In this document: positions 27,286 through 39,953 of the stretch, in pieces
Layout: the number at the start of each line of letters is the position of its first letter
How positions within the stretch are numbered: the first letter of the stretch is position 1
Assembly (NCBI GenBank): GCA_964252035.1
Contig: OZ176201.1
DNA length: 64,000 bases
Reading direction: 5' to 3' (one strand)
DNA from: Podarcis erhardii
Lineage: Eukaryota
Notes under the pieces: generated by a model
Told to the model about the DNA's origin: nothing
What the model saw: only the letters and a program-made list of their open reading frames with translations
The model's database searches: none
Made by a program: the position numbers and the translations under genes

Positions 27286-27615
27286 GGCTATGTATGATAT
27301 ATAATGACTTTGTCTTTTGTCTTCTTTCCATGCTGTCTCTTTATATTGTTCTATTTTGGCGCAACACCCTCTGAAAATCTCATCCAATCAAAATGCACTA
27401 TGAAAAATCCATCTGTCCATCCATGAACTGGTCTGTGTGTCCATGCTAATGAATATTTCTGAACTTCCCTGCCCTGATCCCTCTCCCATCACCAAAAATG
27501 AAATCACTGCCTTCTGCATTTCTCCATTTGCTGGTTGGAACTCAACTTGCGGTATTAAAACACCCACCCTTCCCTGACCTTCTCTGATCCTCTCCATCTC
27601 AATGTTTGCATCTAG
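27286..27615 (+). promoter_or_regulatory. AG-exclusion zone, YCAY cluster and 3' splice site of microexon e31a
   Basis: No AG between 27286 and 27613, about 11 YCAY between 27380 and 27597, and TGC at 27607-27609. Confidence 0.7.
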
Positions 27616-27621
27616 GATCCG
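27616..27621 (+). CDS. CACNA1A: CACNA1A alternative microexon e31a (6 nt, phase 0, GAT CCG = Asp-Pro) in the IVS3-S4 linker
   Basis: tttgcatctag|GATCCG|gttggt, located in the intron between exons 31 and 32; homologous to the mammalian NP (AATCCG) exon. Confidence 0.8.
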
Positions 27622-30600
27622 GTTGGTTTGATTACTTTCTCAAGCCTAAGTGCCTTACATTAATCAAAAGCATCTTCTTGGCGCATTGCATGATCTTTTG
27701 AGCCAAAGATGCCTGCAGTTTACTGGGCAGCTTCCGCTTTTAGTCCCCCCACTTACCCCATTTTGTGTCACTTATTTTATTCAGATTCACATCTGGCTTC
27801 CAGTAACCCCATAGCAGGGATGTGGTATATATGCTGGCTGTTTGCCATAATAAACATTGATTGATTGATTGGTGATGCCAATCTCTGAAGAGATGATTGC
27901 ATTTAATCTAAGACTTGCATCAGTATGGATAGGCTTTCTAAAAGGATATGGTGGTAGATAGAAAGCTGTATCTGCAAGTTGCTGGGTTCTGACCCAGGGC
28001 CAGTGTCAGTTTCTGTCTGGGGGAAAACGTGGGATGGGAATTCAACATGCAAGTGCCTTACTTGATGACATACAAAACCTGATGACAGTTTGCATGGGTG
28101 GAGCATCCACCACAGTTGAAATACTACAGATACTTTGCATAGCATCTGGCATCACCTCCAGGCACATAGTTTTTGCAGTGTGTGCGCAGTCAAATAGAAG
28201 ACCTAAAAATCCCACTTGTCAATAGCTATCTGAACAAGTACAGAAAAGCCCTGCACCCCCAGCTTCATTCTGCGTGCCCAGGCATGCCCATTCACTCAAA
28301 ACTTTTCACATTTAACCTTCCCTTAATGCATACAACTTTAGCTGGGTATCCACTTACCACCTAAACACAACACACAACACAACACATTTCCTCACACATG
28401 AACTGACCCTAAGGTCCTCTCAGCGATATTAAGATTCTCCATACACTTTCAGCCATGCACAGACAACCTCTGCTTTGGTCAGTTGAGGTAGAACAATTCC
28501 TTAGAAGAAGTAAAATATCATTATAACTATGGAAATTAGCCCAAGCCCATTTAGGAGTATTGAGAGGGATATTAACATCCCTTTTCCTGAGAGTCAGTTG
28601 TGGAGGGTGAGTCAAAGAGAAATCCTTAATTTTATTTCTGTGGGCCACATTCAGTCTTACTTTTCTAACACACACCAATACTCCTCTTAAGATTAGGGTA
28701 GACATTAATTTTGAAAGATTGCATGTGCGTCCGTTTCACATATTTAACAAAATCTCAAGAGGAATCTGTTGAGAAAACTTCTTCAAAATGAAACAGACAT
28801 ATATATAATAAATATAAATCAAATTGAAACAGACATACATCACAGACACAATGCATAGCTTGAAGCAGTGATGCCTCCTATACTGGTTGGCTGACTTGGT
28901 ACAATGATCTAAATATTCAGTTGCTGAAAGGACATTGCTACTTAAAAGTCCAGCTTTTCTGAGGGAGGGTAAATTGACAGTTTGACTGAAGAAATCTTGG
29001 CCTGTAGTGAAGCTTAGTGATAAAGTGTTCAGAAGAAGGGAGGCAGAATGAATGGTACAGAGTAGGAAATGGACCGAAAGCAGGGAATCTGAAGGAAGGG
29101 TAGGTGAGCTAGGAAAAAGCAGCAACGGGAGTTGAGGCAAAAAAGAAAAGGAGGAGGCGGCAGTGAAGAAATTCTACAATGTGTAAGATCAAGAGGCAGG
29201 TGTATGGTGTATGTTTGGGGCAGGAGAGTGCTAGGACTGTTAGCCAAAAGAGGCAGGATGAATAAAAAGTGTGGGGCAAAGTAGAGTGGACTGAAAAAAT
29301 GCAATAAAATTTGTAGCTGGAGACATGGAATGGAACTGAAGAAAGTAGGTTACAAGAAGAAAGCTGAGCTAGGACTGTGGATTTTGTCTGAAAGGAAATG
29401 AGCAGGCAAGAGAGGTTTGGAGGCCTAGAGACAGTGGAACTGGGGGGGGGGGGCGTGTTTCTAGATCTAGTCTGACACAGGTTTCCACCGGTTAAATAGT
29501 TTACTTTCACTGCATTATTGTGTCCTGGAATAAGATTCAAAAGGCAAGGGGCAGAGCTGAAATATATATATTGGTTTAAACAAAAGAGCTAAATATTTTG
29601 GCTGAAAGATTGTCCACTTAAGATAGTGACCTTAGAATAGGCTTAAAAAGTAATGTAGGAAGTGAACTTTGGAATAAAGGTGGTTAATAGGAAAGAGAGA
29701 ATGGTGTGTGGCACCATTCCTAATGGTCTGTGTGGGCATATATTTCCAACTGGAAATGGGTGTGGGTCCCCTGCCTGTCTCTCTTTCCCTCTGCATGAAT
29801 ATCATTCTTTGTTTGTCCTGCATGATCTGAGCATGGCAGTTTTAATAAACTGGTTTCACCCCATTGTATGTGTCACAGAGCCACCTCCACTACTGCCACC
29901 ATGCATGTCCACTGAAATCCCAATTAGAGGAACAGCCTTTTTGGAGGGTTGGAGAAGGATGGGCTTATAGCTTCTGGGAACACACATGCAAACACATGCA
30001 TATAAAGAGTGAAGATGCAGCAATTAGGTTTCTTTTTGGAAGAGAAAATAAATCCTATTACAGTACATGGATATATTTGGCTGCAAGAACCACACTGTAT
30101 GTCCACTGTGTTATCACACACTTATAATGTCCACTGTGTAACTGCATGGCAATTCCTCAGTCTTTGTTTTATAATTATAGAGCAAGGCATTTGGCAAGCC
30201 GGTACATGTTGAGTGGTCACACCAATCTTTTGGCATGTGTATTGCCTGAGTCTTTTTCGTGCAGTTTTCTTTGGAGTTTGTGTATGAGGGGCGCTGTAGC
30301 ACAGGTACTTTCATGAGTCTTGAGGGAGATGTTGGTGCAACTACATTCATTCCTGTGATGCATGTTGCATAGGTATCCCTACACACTCAATCCGCCAGAT
30401 CACTTGCACTGTTTAGTGTACTATGGTGAAGCCACATGGTAATTCTCTTTGGAACTGTTAGAGCCAGCCAGGTTGTCCCTTTACAGTGTTCTCATTGCTT
30501 GAACATGCAATTCTGGTTCCAGTGAGATCAAAGTGTGGTTCCATTGAGTTCAATATCGAAACCCAGGGAAGGTCCATGGTGCATAGATTACTAAATCACT

Positions 30601-31492
30601 TAACCGTTCATACTGGGGCTAAAATACAGGTTCCTGTTCAAGGGCTTTTGCCCAGGGATAAAGCTCATGTGTTTCTTACATGAGTTTCTTACATGTTTCT
30701 TACATTTTGTATCTAAGTTTATCTTTTTCTGTGCTAGGCCCTTCTTCCAACCTTTACTGGAACTCTTTTTTAGAAAGTGTCTGAAGGTCTCAGTGGTAGT
30801 TACTAGAGATACACAAACACATACATCAATATTCTATTGTCCAAACTCAGGTGATATCCTAACCCTCAGAAACCTTGGGCATCTTTCGCCCTCAGGGGCT
30901 GTGGGTGTCTGGCCATAGAACACTTTGCAACTAAGAAGTACATTGTCACACTTCAATGTATTCATTTTATCCCAGAAGCTTATATGCCATTTCCTCTGAA
31001 GGAGACAGATAAAAATGCATCTTGGTGAACCCAACAGGAGAATGTTTTTCCTATCTTGCCAGAATCACAAATCCTTCTTTTAGCTACAAATTTGTTGAAC
31101 TAAGCTCTTCCTTCAGAGCTTGGGGTGTGGCCCAACACCTGTTGGTTGCACAGAACAGATGCATTTTCCATTGAGAATGATATGATAGCAAGTCTCCAGA
31201 CATTTCTCAGCTCTCCTCTTCCTCACTGGCACTTGTCTTGCTTTCTCCTCTCTCCAGATTTGTGTGCACAGAACATGTGTGATGTGAGGCCACACAATAA
31301 TGTTCTGTCTGCTTGTGTCAAAAAATATCAGTGCATTTGGTTGTGGGTATATTTTTAAAAAATGTAATCATGTGCTAATGAATTATCACTGATTTTCCAA
31401 ATGGATGATTTTCCAAGTAGAGGGGTGGCCTTATTATCATGCTAATTTTCTTCATGTGTGTGATCCCTCTCCCTTTCTTTGCTATTCAGTGA

Positions 31493-31771
<279 letters not shown>

Positions 31772-32347
31772 TGAGATTTGAAGTTGTGGGTGGTTGAGAG
31801 AGAAAGGGAGGGAAGTAGTAGGAGTGCAGAAAGTTTAGGAGATTATAGCTAGAGACATCCAACCTCATCCATCTACCTGTTTATTTCTCCATTCATTCAC
31901 CACCTCTTATCATGCACTTTGAATCATGAATACTTTCTTTCATGTTGTTGAAGTTGAATCATGTTTCATGAGTAGCTTTCCATTAACTCACCCTTTTGCA
32001 TGGGTAAGTAATCACTGCAAGATTTCTGTAGTCAGGATGGGATGTGGCAGGGATTGGAGGAAGAGTGATAGAGTCTACAACAGCCTTCTTCAACATGGTG
32101 CCCTCCAGTTGACTCCCATCCTCCTTCATTCCTGACCATTGACCATACTGACTGAGGCTGATGGTAGTTGTAGGGCAGCAGGATGGGGAAGATTGGCCTA
32201 CAAGCAATCTCTTTCATTGATTCAGTGACAGCAATCAGTTTGTAAGAAGAAGGGAGCCATATTCCCAGTAAAACAAGTGTGGTACACACACACAAAATGT
32301 GAAACTTAAAAAAATAATAATGTATGCTCATGTTTTTCCCTCACTAG

Positions 32348-32413
32348 GCCCTTCCGTATGTGTGTCTGCTGATTGCAATGCTCTTCTTCATTTATGCGAT
32401 TATTGGAATGCAG
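32348..32413 (+). CDS. CACNA1A: CACNA1A exon 33 (IVS5: [22 protein letters not shown])
   Basis: cactag|GCC...CAG|gtaagt; 66 nt. Confidence 0.98.
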
Positions 32414-33291
32414 GTAAGTGCCAGTAAGCTACTATCCCATGCTGGGTTTCACCATGAATGCTGCAATGCCTCTAGTGCTTAGCTTAGGTACAATAACATA
32501 CTGCTGTTTTTGTGCTGGAGCCTTTGAATTTGTAAAGTGAGGACCAGCCTAGTTGGGAGCTGCCTCCAAACTGCAGAAGACTTAACTTATGGAGCACTCT
32601 AGCACATTGTAGTGTCAATGTCAAGAACATCTACCTCACCCTTGCAACATGCCTGAGGTCTTCCTGCTTGTACAATAAACCCTAGTACAAGCTGAAGACA
32701 GACAGCTTGGTGCCCTTCATCCTCATTGTTATAACAGCATTCCAGGTTAGGATGAGTGTTGTCCCTGTAGTATTGCCTTACCTTGCCTTATAAAAGCTTA
32801 GTGTACAACTGCACTGTCCCACTCCTGCTATCAGAAGAGATTTGATGTCAGAGAATGAGGCACATCCCCTTTAAGTATTCATCCTGAAGCACCCACTTTG
32901 CTGCAGGACTATTTAAGGTGACTGGTACTGGAAAAATTCTGCAAGTTGTTTTTTGCTGGGATACCTTACATTCAGTCTGTCCTTGTAAACAGCCCCACAG
33001 TAAACTGCCTGGGGTTGGTTTCAACTGGCAGCCTGTTCTGGCCTTTTGTTGTCCCTAGTCCGTGTAGGCTGTGGTCAGGAACAGATTACCTTTTCATTTC
33101 TTCTCCAAACATGAAAATGAGCCCCACCTAGCCTCGCTGATAGGTGACCTACATCCATTGCTACAAGCAATGGCTCTACCACCACTAGATAGCAATGTTT
33201 GGAAACCTACTCTTTCCTGATGTTTTCTTTTTGGATCTTTTGTATTTCAAGGCTTTTTCTTCATTTTGTTTTTATTTGTTTGTCTTCTCAG

Positions 33292-33407
33292 GTCTTTGGT
33301 AACATTAGCATTGAGATTGATGAAGATATGTCCGAAGATGAGAAACCTGCCATCACCGAGCACAACAATTTCCGCACATTCTTTCAAGCCCTAATGCTTC
33401 TCTTTAG
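33292..33407 (+). CDS. CACNA1A: CACNA1A exon 34 (VFGNISIEIDEDMSEDEKPAITEHNNFRTFFQALMLLFR)
   Basis: tctcag|GTC...TTTAG|gtgagg; 116 nt. Confidence 0.98.
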
Positions 33408-33828
33408 GTGAGGCCCAGACCTTATTCATGCGCAGGAAGCCCACTTCATCTAGCCAAGGCCCTGCCCAATGCAAAAGATGTACAGTCTCCTAGATGCGGG
33501 GCAGTAACTGTACCTAAAACAAACTGAGTATTTCATTAAAGGATCAGAGATTGCACTATACAATACTTCTTTTGCTCATCCAAAAAGTGACTGAATCAAC
33601 AGGCTAAATGAAAAATCCCTGTATTAACAAGCTTCTACATCACAGTCAAGGGATTTTTCTGTAACTACCACCCATGTGTTCTGAAGGTAGCTGCAGTTCT
33701 CTTGTGAGACCCCAAAACTTATGGACCTTTATTGGTTGTTATGGACCTTTACTGAGATGGAGATGCTGCCATCCCAGCTGTGATGGATCCCCAATGCTCA
33801 CTGTCTTTTTCTCTTCTCGCTTTCTTAG

Positions 33829-33979
33829 AAGTGCCACAGGTGAGGCTTGGCATGAGATCATGCTCTCCTGTCTGAGTGGAAAGCTCTGTGATGAGAAAGC
33901 AGACCTCAAAGGCAGAGAGTGTGGCAATGAATTTGCATACTTCTATTTTGTTTCCTTCATCTTCTTGTGCTCTTTCCTG
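33829..33979 (+). CDS. CACNA1A: CACNA1A exon 35 (IV pore loop [14 protein letters not shown]...FLCSFL)
   Basis: cttag|A...CTG|gtgagt; 151 nt. Confidence 0.98.
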
Positions 33980-34549
33980 GTGAGTCAAAATTCATAAAGG
34001 GGAGCGGGGCGGGGGGGGGGGGCACATAGGACTGTGATACACAGTTTGATAGAACCAGGATGCCAGCAGACCACCTTTCTAAGATGACAGTTTCATTATG
34101 CAGTAGTAAACACTTGTTTTGGGGATTAGGACATCTTTCCACAACATGATGCTGGAGTTACAGGGCTGTTTGTTTTTAGAGACAACGTTTTTTATTATTA
34201 TCAACCGTACAGTAACAGAATAAGCAAAGGGGATGAATGGGGAAGGTGGGTAAATAGGTATTGTGTGCTTTTAGTGTGTTAGATTGGCACGCACATATTT
34301 TTAAGTGACATAAGTGTCAATCAGAGAAGGCATTCCTAATAGCATTATAGACATTTGGGTGTTTTGCCAGAGGAAGATCGCTTTTTTCTAGCATTCAAAT
34401 ATTAATCACATGGAGAATGCAACTTTCCCTCCAGTGAGCACTTCTGTGGTTGTGCAACTATCATATACTTTTATTAGCTGGTACCTGTACAATCCCTGTT
34501 GATGAACAATACACTTCTCCCCACATAGTCTTGTACCATGTGAGAGTTT

Positions 34550-35270
34550 GATTTTTTTAATTATTAGTATTTTTATTGACATATCTTGTAAAAGTGCAAT
34601 CAGTTGAAAGCATCATATATACATTGCCCTGTTATTTATAATTCTAGAACATAATGAACATTGCCCATTTTTCCATGATTTTGTTTGATTGGTTTACATG
34701 TGTTCTGTTAAAATAAGTTAAGTCATTGTTATGATAGACCATACCTTCTCTATCCACTCTAATAAAGATGGTGTATTCCGCTTTTCCAATACTTGGCAAT
34801 TGTTATTTTTGTGGCTGTTAATAAATTAACTACCACCTCCAAGTCATTTTATGAAATTAAATGTTTTAAAAATCCTAAAAATACAGTCCTAAAATAATGA
34901 GGCATAAGATAATCCATAGTAGTATTAAGGATTGTTTTCAAAACAGATTGAATAATAGGACACACACCAAAAATATGTATAAAGTCTGCTTTTCTTTCCC
35001 CACATCTCCAACAGTTTGTCCTCATTAGTATTCTATATCAAATTCAACTTATAAGGGGCACAGTCCCATTAATACTGATTTTTATAATAATTTTACTTTA
35101 AATCAGCTGATAACATTTGAAGACTATGAGCTCATATTTATTTCCATTTATATGTATTTATTTCATACCCATATGCTTTCCATTTTTTTCCATAAAATTA
35201 CTGGTTGTTTGTTCAGTATCTTGAATCAGATCATAAAATTTACTTATATTCCCCCTTCTCTCTGCATTTG
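34550..35270 (-). mobile_element. Old L1 ORF2 3' fragment (antisense)
   Basis: The minus strand encodes CWRCGERKADFIHIF (zinc knuckle, CWRC at 35013-35002) and LLTATKITIAKYWKS..TPSLLEWIEKVW, with frameshifts. T-rich tail at about 34550-34580. Confidence 0.75.
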
Positions 35271-36509
35271 TAAAAAGAGCTGTTTTTAATGGTTTTTAAG
35301 TGTGTTTTTTTACTGCTGTAGATACTGAGCAATTCCAGCAGGAACACTCAAGTATCTTTATCTGTCTCCCAGGAATATAGGCACTCTAGGCAGCTGCTTA
35401 GTTTGCCTCTATGGTTGGTCAGTCCTGATTGGTGAAGGGAGGAGCTTGGGCAATGGCTCCAACATTGGTCAACATCTGTTCTCTCACCAATTAATGGTAC
35501 TAGTGGGAGAGGATACCTGAAGCTCTGAAGCAATAAAACCCAGTGTGGTATCTCCACTCGAATGAAGAGCTGCTGTATTTTGTAGCTAACAAGTAGTACC
35601 AGTAACAAGTAGTACTTGCAGTATGGAGTCTTCCAGTTCAGGATTTTAGTCAGCTAGCCAAGAGCTCTTTGAGGATACCCCATTCAATTTCCCCTCCCTT
35701 CTGATTTTCCATGTTGTTTTTCCTCCCACCATCAGGCAACATTCCATGGCTACTGAGCAAGTTTAGTCCTCATTGAACTGTTGATTCCTCTGCAACACAC
35801 ACTGAGGGCTATGCTTGCTCAGGAATGCTAGCTGGTGGTTGTTGCAGGCCAGGGAACACAAAAATGGGAAATTATGGTTTTAAAAAAGGAGCTTTTTTGT
35901 CCTTCTGCAAACCTTGGGTTTTCACACCTGCTTGTGTGCGGATTATACCGTTTTGGCTTCATAAGCCAATATTTAGAGAATTCAGTTAGCTGTTAGTATA
36001 TGATTTTCTGCCACTTGCACTCTAGAGTCAGGGAAGGACAGCTTTTGAGTGAATTGCAGCTTCATTTCTCAAATGAGGAACAGGTTGTTTGGTAGCTGCA
36101 AGAAGGACCTGCAGCTCCCAAGCATGATCTAGTGTGGCAGTGGTGGTTTCAACCACAGGAGGTGGCTTGAGGTAAGCAGCAGCCTTTGCTTTGTGGCAAA
36201 TTGTATGTATGTGTAAGAGAGAATGTCAGCAGGTAAATGGTAAGTTGTATTGTTCTACTCACAGGTATGCTCATTCCAAGTTTTAAAATGTTACTTTTGT
36301 GCCTGCATATCTGCATATATAAGTTTGTTCGTGTTACCATTGCTAATATGCAATGTGGGGGGGGGGGGAGAGGCGAAGGGGTGTGCCACCATTTGCCATG
36401 TTGGTCCCTCTCTCTAGTTACTTGAGGTCACATAGACTCTGGGCCTAAGCCTTGGTTTGCAGCAAGATGATAATTCTCAGCATTATTGAGCATTTCACCA
36501 GTTACTTAA

Positions 36510-36677
<168 letters not shown>

Positions 36678-37563
36678 TAAGGACATGCCTACCTGGCCAT
36701 TCCCAATACTGTACTCACAGCCATTGTCCCACACCAAGCAAAAGCTTGGGAAAGTGGATCAAATTGATCCATGCTTGGGGAAAACTCTCCTTAGTAAGGA
36801 AAACAGGGGCAGGGGATGGAGAAGAATTAGGCCTTAGAAGCTGGACAGGGAGGCTACAGCTTAAGATTCCTGGGTCCTGCTGATTCCAACTCTATTAGGA
36901 AAGAGATTTAGCAGTCTGAAAGCTAAGGCACCTATGCTCTCTACATTACTTTCACACAAGAAGTGCATTGGCTGGTAGGAGCATCGACTCCTGTGTTTTT
37001 GTTCATCTCAGGAAGGGAAACAATATTTAGGACTACAAAAGAAAAATAGTCTTATGCTTGTTCTACTCTAACAGAGCGAAGATATGATGTCATATTGGTA
37101 GATACAGTCCTTATTTGTAATGATGTGAGAGAAAGGCAGAAGCCTAATCTGAGGCAGAGACTGGAGCCACTGCCCCTGTTTGCATGCAGCTCCATTGTGA
37201 GTCACCCACCTTAGCTGAGTTCCAGTCAGTGTGGATCTGTGGCCACTGCCACTCTGCCATTCCCATTCCTGTTGGCTAATTTCTGTGGGTCTCACTAGGA
37301 ACAAGAGATTGCAAGAAGCAGATATGGGGGGGTTTATCTCTGATTAACATTTCCTCTTTTAATTTTAGGTTTTTGCAGCTGGACTCTGTCAACTCCACAC
37401 ACACCCACACCCTTACATTATCCCATATGTTCAAAAGGGCATGATGTATGGCCCCTTGTGCCCAGGGATACCTGTTGCCATTTCCCTATTCTACCTAGTG
37501 GGCTATGTAGCCCCTACTGTAGGAAAACTGAGTAACATCACTAGTGTCACTTGAGCCAGACAT

Positions 37564-37660
37564 GTGTATCTGAAGAAGTGTGCATGCACACAAAAGCTTA
37601 CACCCAGAACAAACTTAGTTGGACTCTAAGGTGCTACTGGACAATTTTTAATTTTTATTT
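37564..37660 (+). mobile_element. Penelope-like LTR fragment with a mutated hammerhead
   Basis: Colinear with 53535-53635: gtatctgaagaagtgtgcatgcacacAaaagcttacac...aaggtgctactgg. Confidence 0.8.
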
Positions 37661-38757
37661 ATTTATTGAGCCAGACAGTTATCTCAGTGAAGCCCCTGAT
37701 GGTAGCAGCTATGCTTCATGTTTTGTGTCATGTTAGTAGTATGTGAGCTAAAAAAGGGTTATTGTGGTACTGACATGGAAGCCGTCACAGAACCTACCAG
37801 TGTTACGTATTGTTCAGCCATCAAAGAAATGTGCTCAATAGCTCTGTTAGTTATAAATGACACACTTCTCAAATGTTGGCCTGTAGGGAGGTGTTTGTTT
37901 GTTTGTATGTTTGTGTATGTATGTGAGACAGAGAGAGAGAGCATGTGTATGTGTGTGCCAGCTAGGGCCTGGCCTACCATTCTGGTGTGTAACTATTCTT
38001 GTAATTTTTTTATGGTTTGCTGGGGAGGAGGCCAAACACTCTGCTGCTGCAAGCAGGCACAGTGAGCAGAGTTGTGATAATTGGCACCTAACAGAAGGTC
38101 CACCCAGCGTTCTCTTGGTATCGTTTGTCACCCCTGTGCCCTGTTGAGAATGAATGCCCGTTGTGTCCAGGTTTAATGTGTTTGTTTACGCTGCCAGCCC
38201 TAACTGGCAAAACCTGCCAAGCCCAGCTGAGGGAGTGTTCATCAGGGAGCCTGTGCCATGCAGGGGCAGGAAAACCAGGTCTGCCCCCGCCTGAGCACTG
38301 GTTTCTATGCATTTATTAATAAGGAAGAAAAAATGTTGGAATGGGAAGCCCAGGGCTCCTAGAGTCCATGGCACAATGACTGGTTTTAAAGCGTCCATTG
38401 TGAGTTACAGAAAGGCAGCAATGCCTAATGGAAGACATACCCAAGTTGGGACCTCAGCTCACACTTGACACATGATCTTTGATAAATCTCACCATGCTGC
38501 ATAGTTGTGTGTCATTCCCCTATCTTCCTGTCACCCTATATATTAATGAAAATGGTACTGGCTCATCTTCTTTCCCAGTACTGATGGAGAACCCAATAGA
38601 GCTGCAGCAAAACATGGGCTGCACAGCTCTGAGAAGCCCCTTTCCCCCTGCTGCCACCTATGGGAATGTACAGTTTCTCCATAAGCCCTGTGGGGGGTGG
38701 TATGGCTGGACTGAAGGTCTCTAGCCGGCAGTCCTGCTATGTTCTGTGTGTTCATGA

Positions 38758-38919
<162 letters not shown>

Positions 38920-39856
38920 TGACTTACACTAAAACCTGCTAGCATCAACGGAATGAATGTTGCTTATGATTTCTTTAATATATATATTTCATATATATAT
39001 ATCTATATATATCTGTACACATACCTATCTATATATATTGCACTTTCAAGAGTAATTTAATGTAATTAGCCAACAGAATGCGTGAAATGATGCTGCCACC
39101 CAGACCAGTAACGCATGGAGCATACCGGTTACCTTGAACCATCTCTGCTTGCTGTTAGCTGGAGCTAGGCCTGGAGGGTTCTATGAGTCTCTCTCTCTCT
39201 ACTCACCTCCACCACTCTCTGCACATTAATACTTCATTTGGGGAGGACAGAGACTCCATTGACACCTCTGCCATTTCCCCCCCTCCCCTCCCCACTTCTT
39301 TCCACCCCCCTTTCCCTCCACCTTCTCTTCCTGCACTCTGCCCTCCTCCCACATTGGCAAAGAGGGGCTTTCTCATCTCAATCTGTCTTTCTCTTTCTCT
39401 CCTTCTTTCTGTGGATCTTCATTACTAAGAGGACCTGACTCTGCACTCCTTGGCCCTATAAGCCCATGGAGGATTGTGATCTGCATTTATAACCTGAGGC
39501 TGAGTAAACTAGATGGAGGCACATGCTTAAGTTAAACCTGTCCCTTTTGCAATGGGAACGCTAGCTCTGTAAGTACGGAGCTTGCACTTAAGCATTTTGC
39601 TGGATCAAGGCAGTTTGAGGAGCCATCTTTCTACTCCCAGTCGTCCATGAAGATCAAGCATATTTGAACTCTTGGCTGACAAGCAGCACAGTAATCTTTA
39701 CATTTTTATCTTCCATTTTTTTCTTTTCCAATTGATTTCCAATATTTTTCTCTTCTTTGCATCTCTCTCTCTTTTCTATTTTTCTGTGTATTTTTTCCTT
39801 TTTTAATTATTATTAATTTTTTTTGGTTGTTTTTATTTTTAATTTTTTGCTCCCAG

Positions 39857-39953
39857 GGGCCGGATGACTTTCATGGACATGTATGAGATGCTGAGACACA
39901 TGTCTCCACCCCTGGGGCTAGGGAAGAAATGCCCTGCCCGTGTTGCTTATAAG
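39857..39953 (+). CDS. CACNA1A: CACNA1A mutually exclusive exon 37b (EFb: [33 protein letters not shown])
   Basis: tcccag|G...AAG|gtagaa; 97 nt; paralogous to 37a. Confidence 0.97.

Noticed and set aside
33997-34022. G-runs here and at 3189-3208 as functional G-quadruplexes
   Set aside because: They are simple homopolymer tracts with no supporting context.
39239-39350. Pairing of ggggaggacagag with ctctgccctcctc as a selector/docking helix for 37a/37b
   Set aside because: Only about 11 of 13 pairs form, in low-complexity purine/pyrimidine sequence, which is expected by chance without covariation data.
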